Assembly: GCA_964016885.1 (NCBI GenBank)
Contig: OZ024741.1
Location: forward strand, 25,110,001-25,174,000
Origin: Eledone cirrhosa
Taxonomy: Eukaryota
DNA: 64,000 nucleotides
Direction: 5' to 3'
The position numbers and the translations under genes are program-made. This document shows, one piece after another, positions 1 through 11,749 of this stretch. Every line of letters starts with the position of its first letter. Positions within the stretch are counted from its first letter, which is position 1. Under the pieces are notes generated by a model that was not told where the DNA came from, ran no database searches, and saw only the letters and a list, made by a program, of their open reading frames with translations.

Positions 1-2
1 GG

Positions 3-55
3 TTAAACAACATAGACAGTGTCTTTTATTAGAAATATGGTAATGAAAGGGTTAA
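3..55 (-). mobile_element. piggyBac-like terminal remnant in each monomer (TTAA + CCCTTTCATTACC...), first copy shown; not an intact element
   Basis: The minus strand of 3-55 is TTAA CCCTTTCATTACCATATTTCTAATAAAAGACACTGTCTATGTTGT TTAA. piggyBac-superfamily elements insert at TTAA and their TIRs typically begin CCC/CCY. No opposing TIR and no transposase are present in the window. Confidence 0.5.
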
Positions 56-98
56 ACAACATAGACAGGTTTTTTTATTAGAAATATGGTAATGAAAG

Positions 99-126
99 GG
101 TTAAACAACAAATATGGTAATGAAAA
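99..126. repeat. 28-bp deletion monomer (first of many copies)
   Basis: GGTTAAACAACAAATATGGTAATGAAAA is the consensus minus 21 bp (TAGACAGTGTCTTTTATTAGA), nearly always with a linked terminal G>A. It recurs near 1600, 2065, 2635, 3250, 21015, 55975 and elsewhere. Confidence 0.97.
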
Positions 127-1233
127 GTTTAAACAACATAGACAGTGTCTTTTATTAGAAATATGATAATGAAAGGGTTAAACAACATAGACAGTGTCTG
201 TTATTAGAAATATGGTAATGAAAGGGTTAAACAACATAGACAGTGTGTTTTATTAGATATGTGGTAATGAAAGGGTTAAACAACATAGACAGTGTGTTTT
301 ATTAGAAATATGGTAATGAAAGGGTTAAACAACATAGACAGTATCTTTTATTAGAAATATGGTAATGAAAGGGTTCAACAACATAGACAGTGTCTTTTAC
401 TAGAAATATGGTAATGAAAGGGTTAAACAACATAGACAGTGTCTTTTATTAGAAATATGGTAATGAAAGTGTTAAACAACATAGACAGTGTCTTTTATTA
501 GAAATATGATAATGAAAGGGTTAAACAACATAGACAGTGTCTTTTATTAGAAATATGGTAATGAAAGGGTTAAACAACATAGATAGTATCTTTTATTAGA
601 AATATGGTAATGAAAGGGTTAAACAACATAGATAGTGTCTTTTATTAGAAATATGGTAATGAAAGGGTTAAACAACATAGACAGTGTCTTTTATTAGAAA
701 TATGGTAATGAAAGGGTTAAACAACATAGATAGTGTCTTTTATTAGAAATATAGTAATGAAAGGGTTAAACAACATAGACAGTGTCTTTTATTAGAAATA
801 TGGTAATGAAAGGGTTAAACAACATAGACAGTGTCTTTTATTAGAAATATGGTAATGAAAGGGTTAAACAACATAGACAGTGTCTTTTATTAGAAATAGG
901 GTAATGAAAGGGTTAAACAACATAGACAGTGTCTTTTATTAGAAATATGGTAATGAAAGGGTTAAACAACATAGACAGTGTCTTTTATTAGAAATATGAT
1001 AATGAAAGGGTTAAACAACATAGACAGTGTCTTTTATTACAAATAGGGTAATGAAAGGGTTAAACAACATAGACAGGGTTTTTTATTAGAAATATGATAA
1101 TGAAAGGGTTAAACAACATAGACAGTGTCTTTTATTAGAAATATGGTAATGAAAGGATTAAACAACATAGACAGTGTCTTTTATTAGAAATATGGTAATG
1201 AAAGGGTTAAACAACATAGACAGTGTCTTTTAT

Positions 1234-4200
1234 TAGAAATATGGTAATGAAAGGGTTAAACAACATAGACAGTGTCTTTTATTAGAAATATGGTAATGAA
1301 AGGGTTAAACAACATAGACAGTGTCTTTTATTAGAAATATGATAATAAAAGGGTTAAACAACATAGACAGTGTCTTTTATTAGAAATAGGGTAATGAAAG
1401 GGTTGAACAACATAGTGTCTTCTATTAGAAATATGATAATGAAAGGGTTAAACAACATAGACAGTGTCATTTATCAGAAATATGATAATGAAAGGGTTAA
1501 ACAACATAGACAGTGTCTTTTATTAGAAATATGGTAATAAAAGGGTTAAACAACATAGACAGGGTTTTTTATTAGAAATATGGTAATGAAAGGGTTAAAC
1601 AACAAATATGGTAATGAAAAGGTTAAACAACATAGACAGTGTCTTTTATCAGAAATATGATAATGAAAGGGTTAAACAACATAGACAGTGTCTGTTATTA
1701 GAAATATGGTAATGAAAGGGTTAAACAACATAGACAGTGTGTTTTATTAGATATATGGTAATGAAAGGGTTAAACAACATAGACAGTGTGTTTTACTAGA
1801 AATATGGTAATGAAAGGGTTAAACAACATAGACAGTATCTTTTATTAGAAATATGGTAATGAAAGGTTCAACAACATAGAGAGTGTCTTTTATTAGAAAT
1901 ATGGTAATGAAAGGGTTAAACAACATAGACAGTGTCTTTTATTAGAAATATGGTAATGAAAGGGTTAAACAACATAGACAGTGTCTTTTATTAGAAATAT
2001 GGTAATGAAAGAGTTAAACAACATAGACAGTGTCTTTTATTAGAAAAATGGTAATGAAAGGGTTAAACAACAAATATGGTAATGAAAAGGTTAAACAACA
2101 TAGACAGTGTCTTTTATTAGAAATATGATAATGAAAGGTTTAAACAATATAGACAGTGTCTTTTATTAGAAATATGGTAATGAAAGGCTTAAACAACATA
2201 GACAGTGTCTTTTATTAGAAATATGGTAATGAAAGGGTTAAACAACATAGACAGTGTCTTTTATTAGAAATATGGTAATGAAAGGGTTAAACAACATAGA
2301 TAGTGTCTTTTATTAGAAATATGGTAATGAAAGGGTTAAACAACATAGACAGTGTCTTTTATTAGAAATATGATAATGAAAGGGTTAAACAACATAGACA
2401 GTGTGTTTTATTAGAAATAGGGTAATGAAAGGGTTAAACAACATAGACAGTGTCTTTTATTAGAAATAGGGTAATGAAAGGGTTAAACAACATACACAGG
2501 GTTTTTTATTAGAAATATGATAATGAAAGGGTTAAACAACATAGACAGTGTCTTTTATTAGAAATATGGTAATGAAAGGGTTAAACAACATAGACAGGGT
2601 TTTTTATTAGAAATATGGTAATGAAAGGGTTAAACAACAAATATGGTAATGAAAAGGTTAAACAACATAGACAGTGTCTTTTATTAGAAATATGATAATG
2701 AAAGGGTTAAACAACATAGACAGTGTCTGTTATTAGAAATATGGTAATGAAAGGGTTAAACAACATAGACAGTGTGTTTTATTAGATATATGGTAATGAA
2801 AGGGTTAAACAACATAGACAGTGTGTTTTATTAGAAATATGGTAATGAAAGGGTTAAACAACATAGACAGTATCTTTTATTAGAAATATGGTAATGAAAG
2901 GGTTCAACAACATAGACAGTGTCTTTTATTAGAAATATGGTAATGAAAGGGTTAAACAACATAGACAGTGTCTTTTATTAGAAATATGGTAATGAAAGGG
3001 TTAAACAACATAGACAGTGTCTTTTATTAGAAATATGGTAATGAAAGAGTTAAACAACATAGACAGTGTCTTTTATTAGAAATATGGTAATGAAAGGGTT
3101 AAACAACATAGACTGTGTCATTTATTAGAAATATGGTAATGAAAGGCTTAAACAACATAGTCAGTGTCTTTTATTAGAAATATGGTAATGAAAGAGTTAA
3201 ACAACATAGACAGTGTCTGTTATTAGAAATATGGTAATGAAAGTGTTAAACAACAAATATGGTAATGAAAAGGTTAAACAATATAGACAGTGTCTTTTAT
3301 TAGAAATATGATAATGAAAGGGTTAAACAACATAGACAGTGTCTTTTATTAGAAATATGGTAATGAAAGGGTTAAACAACATAGACAGTGTCTTTTATTA
3401 GAAATATGGTAATGAAAGGCTTAAACAACATAGTCAGTGTCTTTTATTAGAAATATGGTAATGAAAGAGTTAAACAACATAGACAGTGTCTTTTATTAGA
3501 AATATGATAATAAAAGGGTTAAACAACATAGACAGTGTCTTTTATTAGAAATAGGGTAATGAAAGGGTTGAACAACATAGTGTCTTCTATTAGAAATATG
3601 ATAATGAAAGGGTTAAACAACATAGACAGTGTCATTTATCAGAAATATGATAATGAAAGGGTTAAACAACATAGACAGTGTCTTTTATTAGAAATATGGT
3701 AATAAAAGGGTTAAACAACATAGACAGGGTTTTTTATTAGAAATATGGTAATGAAAGGGTTAAACAACAAATATGGTAATGAAAAGGTTAAACAACATAG
3801 ACAGTGTCTTTTATCAGAAATATGATAATGAAAGGGTTAAACAACATAGACAGTGTCTGTTATTAGAAATATGGTAATGAAAGGGTTAAACAACATAGAC
3901 AGTGTGTTTTATTAGATATATGGTAATGAAAGGGTTAAACAACATAGACAGTGTGTTTTACTAGAAATATGGTAATGAAAGGGTTAAACAACATAGACAG
4001 TGTCTTTTATTAGAAATATGGTAATGAAAGGGTTAAACAACATAGACAGTGTCTTTTATTAGAAATATGATAATAAAAGGGTTAAACAACATAGACAGTG
4101 TCTTTTATTAGAAATAGGGTAATGAAAGGGTTGAACAACATAGTGTCTTCTATTAGAAATATGATAATGAAAGGGTTAAACAACATAGACAGTGTCATTT

Positions 4201-6234
4201 ATCAGAAATATGATAATGAAAGGGTTAAACAACATAGACAGTGTCTTTTATTAGAAATATGGTAATAAAAGGGTTAAACAACATAGACAGGGTTTTTTAT
4301 TAGAAATATGGTAATGAAAGGGTTAAACAACAAATATGGTAATGAAAAGGTTAAACAACATAGACAGTGTCTTTTATCAGAAATATGATAATGAAAGGGT
4401 TAAACAACATAGACAGTGTCTGTTATTAGAAATATGGTAATGAAAGGGTTAAACAACATAGACAGTGTGTTTTATTAGATATATGGTAATGAAAGGGTTA
4501 AACAACATAGACAGTGTGTTTTACTAGAAATATGGTAATGAAAGGGTTAAACAACATAGACAGTATCTTTTATTAGAAATATGGTAATGAAAGGTTCAAC
4601 AACATAGAGAGTGTCTTTTATTAGAAATATGGTAATGAAAGGGTTAAACAACATAGACAGTGTCTTTTATTAGAAATATGGTAATGAAAGGGTTAAACAA
4701 CATAGACAGTGTCTTTTATTAGAAATATGGTAATGAAAGAGTTAAACAACATAGACAGTGTCTTTTATTAGAAAAATGGTAATGAAAGGGTTAAACAACA
4801 AATATGGTAATGAAAAGGTTAAACAACATAGACAGTGTCTTTTATTAGAAATATGATAATGAAAGGTTTAAACAATATAGACAGTGTCTTTTATTAGAAA
4901 TATGGTAATGAAAGGCTTAAACAACATAGACAGTGTCTTTTATTAGAAATATGGTAATGAAAGGGTTAAACAACATAGACAGTGTCTTTTATTAGAAATA
5001 TGGTAATGAAAGGGTTAAACAACATAGATAGTGTCTTTTATTAGAAATATGGTAATGAAAGGGTTAAACAACATAGACAGTGTCTTTTATTAGAAATATG
5101 ATAATGAAAGGGTTAAACAACATAGACAGTGTGTTTTATTAGAAATAGGGTAATGAAAGGGTTAAACAACATAGACAGTGTCTTTTATTAGAAATAGGGT
5201 AATGAAAGGGTTAAACAACATACACAGGGTTTTTTATTAGAAATATGATAATGAAAGGGTTAAACAACATAGACAGTGTCTTTTATTAGAAATATGGTAA
5301 TGAAAGGGTTAAACAACATAGACAGGGTTTTTTATTAGAAATATGGTAATGAAAGGGTTAAACAACAAATATGGTAATGAAAAGGTTAAACAACATAGAC
5401 AGTGTCTTTTATTAGAAATATGATAATGAAAGGGTTAAACAACATAGACAGTGTCTGTTATTAGAAATATGGTAATGAAAGGGTTAAACAACATAGACAG
5501 TGTGTTTTATTAGATATATGGTAATGAAAGGGTTAAACAACATAGACAGTGTGTTTTATTAGAAATATGGTAATGAAAGGGTTAAACAACATAGACAGTA
5601 TCTTTTATTAGAAATATGGTAATGAAAGGGTTCAACAACATAGACAGTGTCTTTTATTAGAAATATGGTAATGAAAGGGTTAAACAACATAGACAGTGTC
5701 TTTTATTAGAAATATGGTAATGAAAGGGTTAAACAACATAGACAGTGTCTTTTATTAGAAATATGGTAATGAAAGAGTTAAACAACATAGACAGTGTCTT
5801 TTATTAGAAATATGGTAATGAAAGGGTTAAACAACATAGACTGTGTCATTTATTAGAAATATGGTAATGAAAGGCTTAAACAACATAGTCAGTGTCTTTT
5901 ATTAGAAATATGGTAATGAAAGAGTTAAACAACATAGACAGTGTCTGTTATTAGAAATATGGTAATGAAAGTGTTAAACAACAAATATGGTAATGAAAAG
6001 GTTAAACAATATAGACAGTGTCTTTTATTAGAAATATGATAATGAAAGGGTTAAACAACATAGACAGTGTCTTTTATTAGAAATATGGTAATGAAAGGGT
6101 TAAACAACATAGACAGTGTCTTTTATTAGAAATATGGTAATGAAAGGCTTAAACAACATAGTCAGTGTCTTTTATTAGAAATATGGTAATGAAAGAGTTA
6201 AACAACATAGACAGTGTCTTTTATTAGAAATATG
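1234..6234. repeat. ~2.27-kb block duplicated at offset 2728, with an intervening ~0.5-kb partial third copy
   Basis: Rare markers pair at +2728: GGTTGAAC 1405/4133, GAAAAATGG 2043/4771, GACTGTGTCA 3113/5841. GGTTGAAC also occurs at 3570 (offset 2165 from 1405). Confidence 0.9.
1401..1445. repeat. 45-bp deletion monomer (first of many copies)
   Basis: CATAGACAGTGTC becomes CATAGTGTC (4-bp loss between AG dinucleotides). It usually carries the linked TCTTCTATT variant, and in much of the window it follows an ATAGGGTAAT monomer. It recurs near 3575, 4135, 8060, 9680, 20440, 22410, 35585, 40995, 53300, 58870 and 63845. Confidence 0.95.
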
Positions 6235-7211
6235 GTAATGAAAGGGTTAAACAACAAATATGGTAATGAAAAGGTTAAACAACATAGACAGTGTCTTTTA
6301 TTAGAAATATGGTAATGAAAGGGTTAAACAACATAGACAGTGTCTTTTATTAGAAATATGATAATGAAAGGGTTAAACAACATAGACAGTGTCTTTTATT
6401 AGAAATATGGTAATGAAAGGGTTAAACAACATAGACAGTATCTTTTATTAGAAATATGGTAATGAAAAAGTTAAACAACATAGACAGTGTCTTTTATTAG
6501 AAATATGGTAATGAAAGGGTTAAACAACAAATATGGTAATGAAAAGGTTAAACAACATAGACAGTGTCTTTTATTAGAAATATGATAATGAAAGGGTTAC
6601 ACAACATAGACAATGTCTTTTATTAGAAATATGGTAATGAAAGGGTTAAACAACATAGACAGTGTCTTTTATTAGAAATATGGTAATGAAAGGCTTAAAC
6701 AACATAGTCAGTGTCTTTTATTAGAAATATGGTAATGAAAGAGTTAAACAACATAGACAGTGTCTTTTATTAGAAATATGGTAATGAAAGGGTTAAACAA
6801 CAAATATGGTAATGAAAAGGTTAAACAACATAGACAGTGTCTTTTATTAGAAATATGGTAATGAAAGGGTTAAACAACATAGACAGTGTCTTTTATTAGA
6901 AATATGATAATGAAAGGGTTAAACAACATAGACAGTGTCTTTTATTAGAGAAAGTGTAATGAAAGGGTTAAACAACATAGACAGGGTTTTTTATTAGAAA
7001 TATGATAATGAAAGGGTTAAACAACATAGACAGTGTCTTTTATTAGAAATATGGTAATGAAAGGGTTAAACAACATAGATAGTGTCTTTTATTAGAAATA
7101 TGGTAATGAAAGGGTTAAACAACATAGACAGCGTCTTTTATTAGAAATATGATAATGAAAGGGTTAAACAACATAGACAGTGTCTTTTATTAGAAATATG
7201 GTAATGAAAGA

Positions 7212-10200
7212 GTTAAACAACATAGACAGTGTCTTTTATTAGAAATATGATAATGAAAGGGTTAAACAACATAGACAGTGTCTTTTATTAGAAATATGGT
7301 AATGAAAGGCTTAAACAACATAGTCAGTGTCTTTCATTAGAAATATGGTAATGAAAGAGTTAAACAACATAGACAGTGTCTTATATTTGAAATATGGTAA
7401 TGAAAGGGTTAAACAACAAATATGGTAATGAAAAGGTTAAACAACATAGACAGTGTCTTTTATTAGAAATATGGTAATGAAAGGGTTAAACAACATAGAC
7501 AGTGTCTTTTATTAGAAATATGATAATGAAAGGGTTAAACAACATAGACAGTGTGTTTTATTAGAAATATGGTAATGAAAGGGTTAAACAACATAGACAG
7601 TGTCTTTTATTAGAAATATGGTAATGAAAGGGTTAAACAACATAGACAGTATCTTTTATTAGAAATATGGTAATGAAAGAGTTAAACAACATAGACAGTG
7701 TCTTTTATTAGAAATATGGTAATGAAAGGGTTAAACAACAAATATGGTAATGAAAAGGTTAAACAACATAGACAGTGTCCTTTATTAGAAATATGATAAT
7801 GAAAGTGTTAAACAATATAGACAGTGTCTTTTATTAGAAATATGGTAATGAAAGGGTTAAACAACATAGACAGTGTCTTTTATTAGAAATATGGTAATGA
7901 AAGGGTTAAACAACATAGACAGTGTCTTTTATTAGAAATATGGTAATGAAAGGGTTAAACAACATAGACAGTGTCTTTTATTAGAAATATGATAATGAAA
8001 GGGTTAAACAACATAGACAGTGTCTTTTATTAGAAATAGGGTAATGAAAGGGTTAAACAACATAGTGTCTTCTATTAGAAATATGATAATGAAAGGGTTA
8101 AACAACATAGACAGTGTCTTTTATTAGAAATATGGTAATGAAATGGTTAAACAACATAGACAGTGTCTTTTAATAGAAATAGGGTAATGAAAGGGTTAAA
8201 CAACATAGACAGGGTTTTTTATTAGAAATATGATAATGAAAGGGTCAAACAACATAGACAGTGTCTTTTATTAGAAATATGGTAATGAAAGGGTTAAACA
8301 ACATAGACAGTGTGTTCTATTAGAAATATGGTAATGAAAGGGTTAAACAACATAGACAGTGTCTTTTCTTAGATATAGGGTAATGAAAGTGTTAAACAAC
8401 ATAGACAGTGTCTTTTATTAGAAATATGGTAATGAAAGTGTTAAACAACATAGACAGTGTCTTTTATTAGAAATATGATAATGAAAGGGTTAAACAACAT
8501 AGACAGTATCTTTTATTAGAAATATGGTAATGAAAGGGTTAAACAACATAGACAGTGTCTTTTATTAGAAATATGGTAATGAAAGGGTTAAACAACATTG
8601 ATAGTGTCTTTTATTAGAAATATGGTAATGAAAGGGTTAAACAACATAGATAGTGTCTTTTATTAGAAATATGGTAATGAAAGGATTAAACAACATAAAC
8701 AGTGTCTTTTATTAGAAATATGGTAATGAAAGGGTTAAACAACATAGATAGTGTCTTTTATTAGAAATATAGTAATGTAAGGGTTAAACAACATAGACAG
8801 TGTCTTTTATTAGAAATATGGTAATGAAAGGGTTAAACAACATAGACAGTGTCTTTTATTAGAAATATGATAATGAAAGGGTTAAACAACATAGACAGTG
8901 TCTTTTATTAGAAATATGGTAATGAAAGGCTTAAACAACATAGTCAGTGTCTTTCATTAGAAATATGGTAATGAAAGAGTTAAACAACATAGACAGTGTC
9001 TTATATTTGAAATATGGTAATGAAAGGGTTAAACAACAAATATGGTAATGAAAAGGTTAAACAACATAGACAGTGTCTTTTATTAGAAATATGGTAATGA
9101 AAGGGTTAAACAACATAGACAGTGTCTTTTATTAGAAATATGATAATGAAAGGGTTAAACAACATAGACAGTGTGTTTTATTAGAAATATGGTAATGAAA
9201 GGGTTAAACAACATAGACAGTGTCTTTTATTAGAAATATGGTAATGAAAGGGTTAAACAACATAGACAGTATCTTTTATTAGAAATATGGTAATGAAAGA
9301 GTTAAACAACATAGACAGTGTCTTTTATTAGAAATATGGTAATGAAAGGGTTAAACAACAAATATGGTAATGAAAAGGTTAAACAACATAGACAGTGTCC
9401 TTTATTAGAAATATGATAATGAAAGTGTTAAACAATATAGACAGTGTCTTTTATTAGAAATATGGTAATGAAAGGGTTAAACAACATAGACAGTGTCTTT
9501 TATTAGAAATATGGTAATGAAAGGGTTAAACAACATAGACAGTGTCTTTTATTAGAAATATGGTAATGAAAGGGTTAAACAACATAGACAGTGTCTTTTA
9601 TTAGAAATATGATAATGAAAGGGTTAAACAACATAGACAGTGTCTTTTATTAGAAATAGGGTAATGAAAGGGTTAAACAACATAGTGTCTTCTATTAGAA
9701 ATATGATAATGAAAGGGTTAAACAACATAGACAGTGTCTTTTATTAGAAATATGGTAATGAAATGGTTAAACAACATAGACAGTGTCTTTTAATAGAAAT
9801 AGGGTAATGAAAGGGTTAAACAACATAGACAGGGTTTTTTATTAGAAATATGATAATGAAAGGGTCAAACAACATAGACAGTGTCTTTTATTAGAAATAT
9901 GGTAATGAAAGGGTTAAACAACATAGACAGTGTGTTCTATTAGAAATATGGTAATGAAAGGGTTAAACAACATAGACAGTGTCTTTTCTTAGATATAGGG
10001 TAATGAAAGTGTTAAACAACATAGACAGTGTCTTTTATTAGAAATATGGTAATGAAAGTGTTAAACAACATAGACAGTGTCTTTTATTAGAAATATGATA
10101 ATGAAAGGGTTAAACAACATAGACAGTATCTTTTATTAGAAATATGGTAATGAAAGGGTTAAACAACATAGACAGTGTCTTTTATTAGAAATATGGTAAT

Positions 10201-10466
10201 GAAAGGGTTAAACAACATTGATAGTGTCTTTTATTAGAAATATGGTAATGAAAGGGTTAAACAACATAGATAGTGTCTTTTATTAGAAATATGGTAATGA
10301 AAGGATTAAACAACATAGACAGTGTCTTTTATTAGAAATATGGTAATGAAAGGGTTAAACAACATAGATAGTGTCTTTTATTAGAAATATAGTAATGTAA
10401 GGGTTAAACAACATAGACAGTGTCTTTTATTAGAAATATGGTAATGAAAGGGTTAAACAACATAGA
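7212..10466. repeat. 1620-bp tandem duplication (34 monomers: 31x49 + 2x28 + 1x45)
   Basis: Markers pair at +1620: TTATATTTGA 7381/9001, AAATGGTTAA 8141/9761, AACATTGATA ~8595/10215, AGTAATGTAA 8771/10391. Only one mismatch was noticed (8698 A vs 10318 G). Confidence 0.95.
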
Positions 10467-11749
10467 TAGTGTCTTTTATTAGAAATATGGTAATGAAAGG
10501 GTTAAACAACATAGATAGTGTCTTTTATTAGAAATATGGTAATGAAAGGGTTAAACAACATAGACAGTGTCTTTTATTAGAAATATGGTAATGAAAGGGT
10601 TAAACAACATAGACAGTGTCTTTTATTAGAAATATGATAATGAAAGGGTTAAACAACATAGACAGTGTCTTTTATTAGAAATAGGGTAATGAAAGGGTTA
10701 AACAACATAGACAGGGTTTTTTATTAGAAATATGATAATGAAAGGGTTAAACAACATAGACAGTGTCTTTTATTAGAAATATGGTAATGAAAGGATTAAA
10801 CAACATAGACAGTGTCTTTTATTAGAAATATGGTAATGAAACGGTTAAACAACATAGACAGTGTCTTTATTAGAAATATGGTAATGAAAGAGTTAAACAA
10901 CATAGACAGTGTCTTTTATTAGAAATATGGTAATGAAAGGGTTAAACAACATAGATAGTGTCTTTTATTAGAAATATGGTAATGAAAGGGTTAAACAACA
11001 TAGACAGTGTCTTTTATTAGAAATATGGTAATGAGAGGTTTAAACAACATAGACAGTGTCTTTTATTAGAAATATGGTAATGAAAGGGTTAAACAACATA
11101 GACAGTGTCTTTTATTAGAAATATGGTAATGAAAGGGTTAAACAACATAGACAGTGTCTTTTATTAGAAATATGATAATGAAAGGGTTAAACAACATAGA
11201 CAGTGTCATTTATTAGAAATATGGTAATGAAAGGGTTAAACAACATAGACAGTGTCTTTTAATAGAAATATGATAATGAAAGGGTTAAACAACATAGACA
11301 GTGTCTTTTATTAGAAATATGGTAATGAAAGGGTTAAACAACATAGACAGTGTCTTTTATTAGAAATATGGTAATGAAAGGGTTAAACAACATAGACAGT
11401 GTCTTTTATTAGAAATATGGTAATGAAAGGGTTAAACAACATAGATAGTGTCTTTTATTAGAAATATGGTAATGAAAGGGTTAAACAACATAGACAGTGT
11501 CTTTTATTAGAAATATGGTAATGAAAGGGTTAAACAACATAGACAGTGTCTTTTATTAGAAATATGGTAATGAAAGGGTTAAACAACATAGACAGTGTCT
11601 TTTATTAGAAATATGGTAATGAAAGGGTTAAACAACATAGACAGTGTCTTTTATTAGAAATATGGTAATGAAAGGGTTAAACAACATAGACAGTGTCTTT
11701 TATTAGAAATATGGTAATGAAAGGGTTAAACAACATAGATAGTGTCTTT

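Noticed and set aside
3-12. Forkhead-type binding sites (TAAACA)
   Set aside because: TTAAACA deviates from RYAAAYA at the first position, and such short AT-rich matches are expected by chance.
1-49. Underlying 7-bp subrepeat (49, 28 and 21 are all multiples of 7)
   Set aside because: Splitting the monomer into 7-mers shows no convincing similarity; there is only a weak GAAA..GGT(T)AA echo.
48-54. Telomeric repeat (AGGGTTA / TAGGG variants) or G-quadruplex
   Set aside because: There is only one GGGTTA per 49 bp and it is never tandem. The G3 runs are too far apart for a canonical G4 and are often mutated. The motif is better explained by the TTAACCCT terminus.
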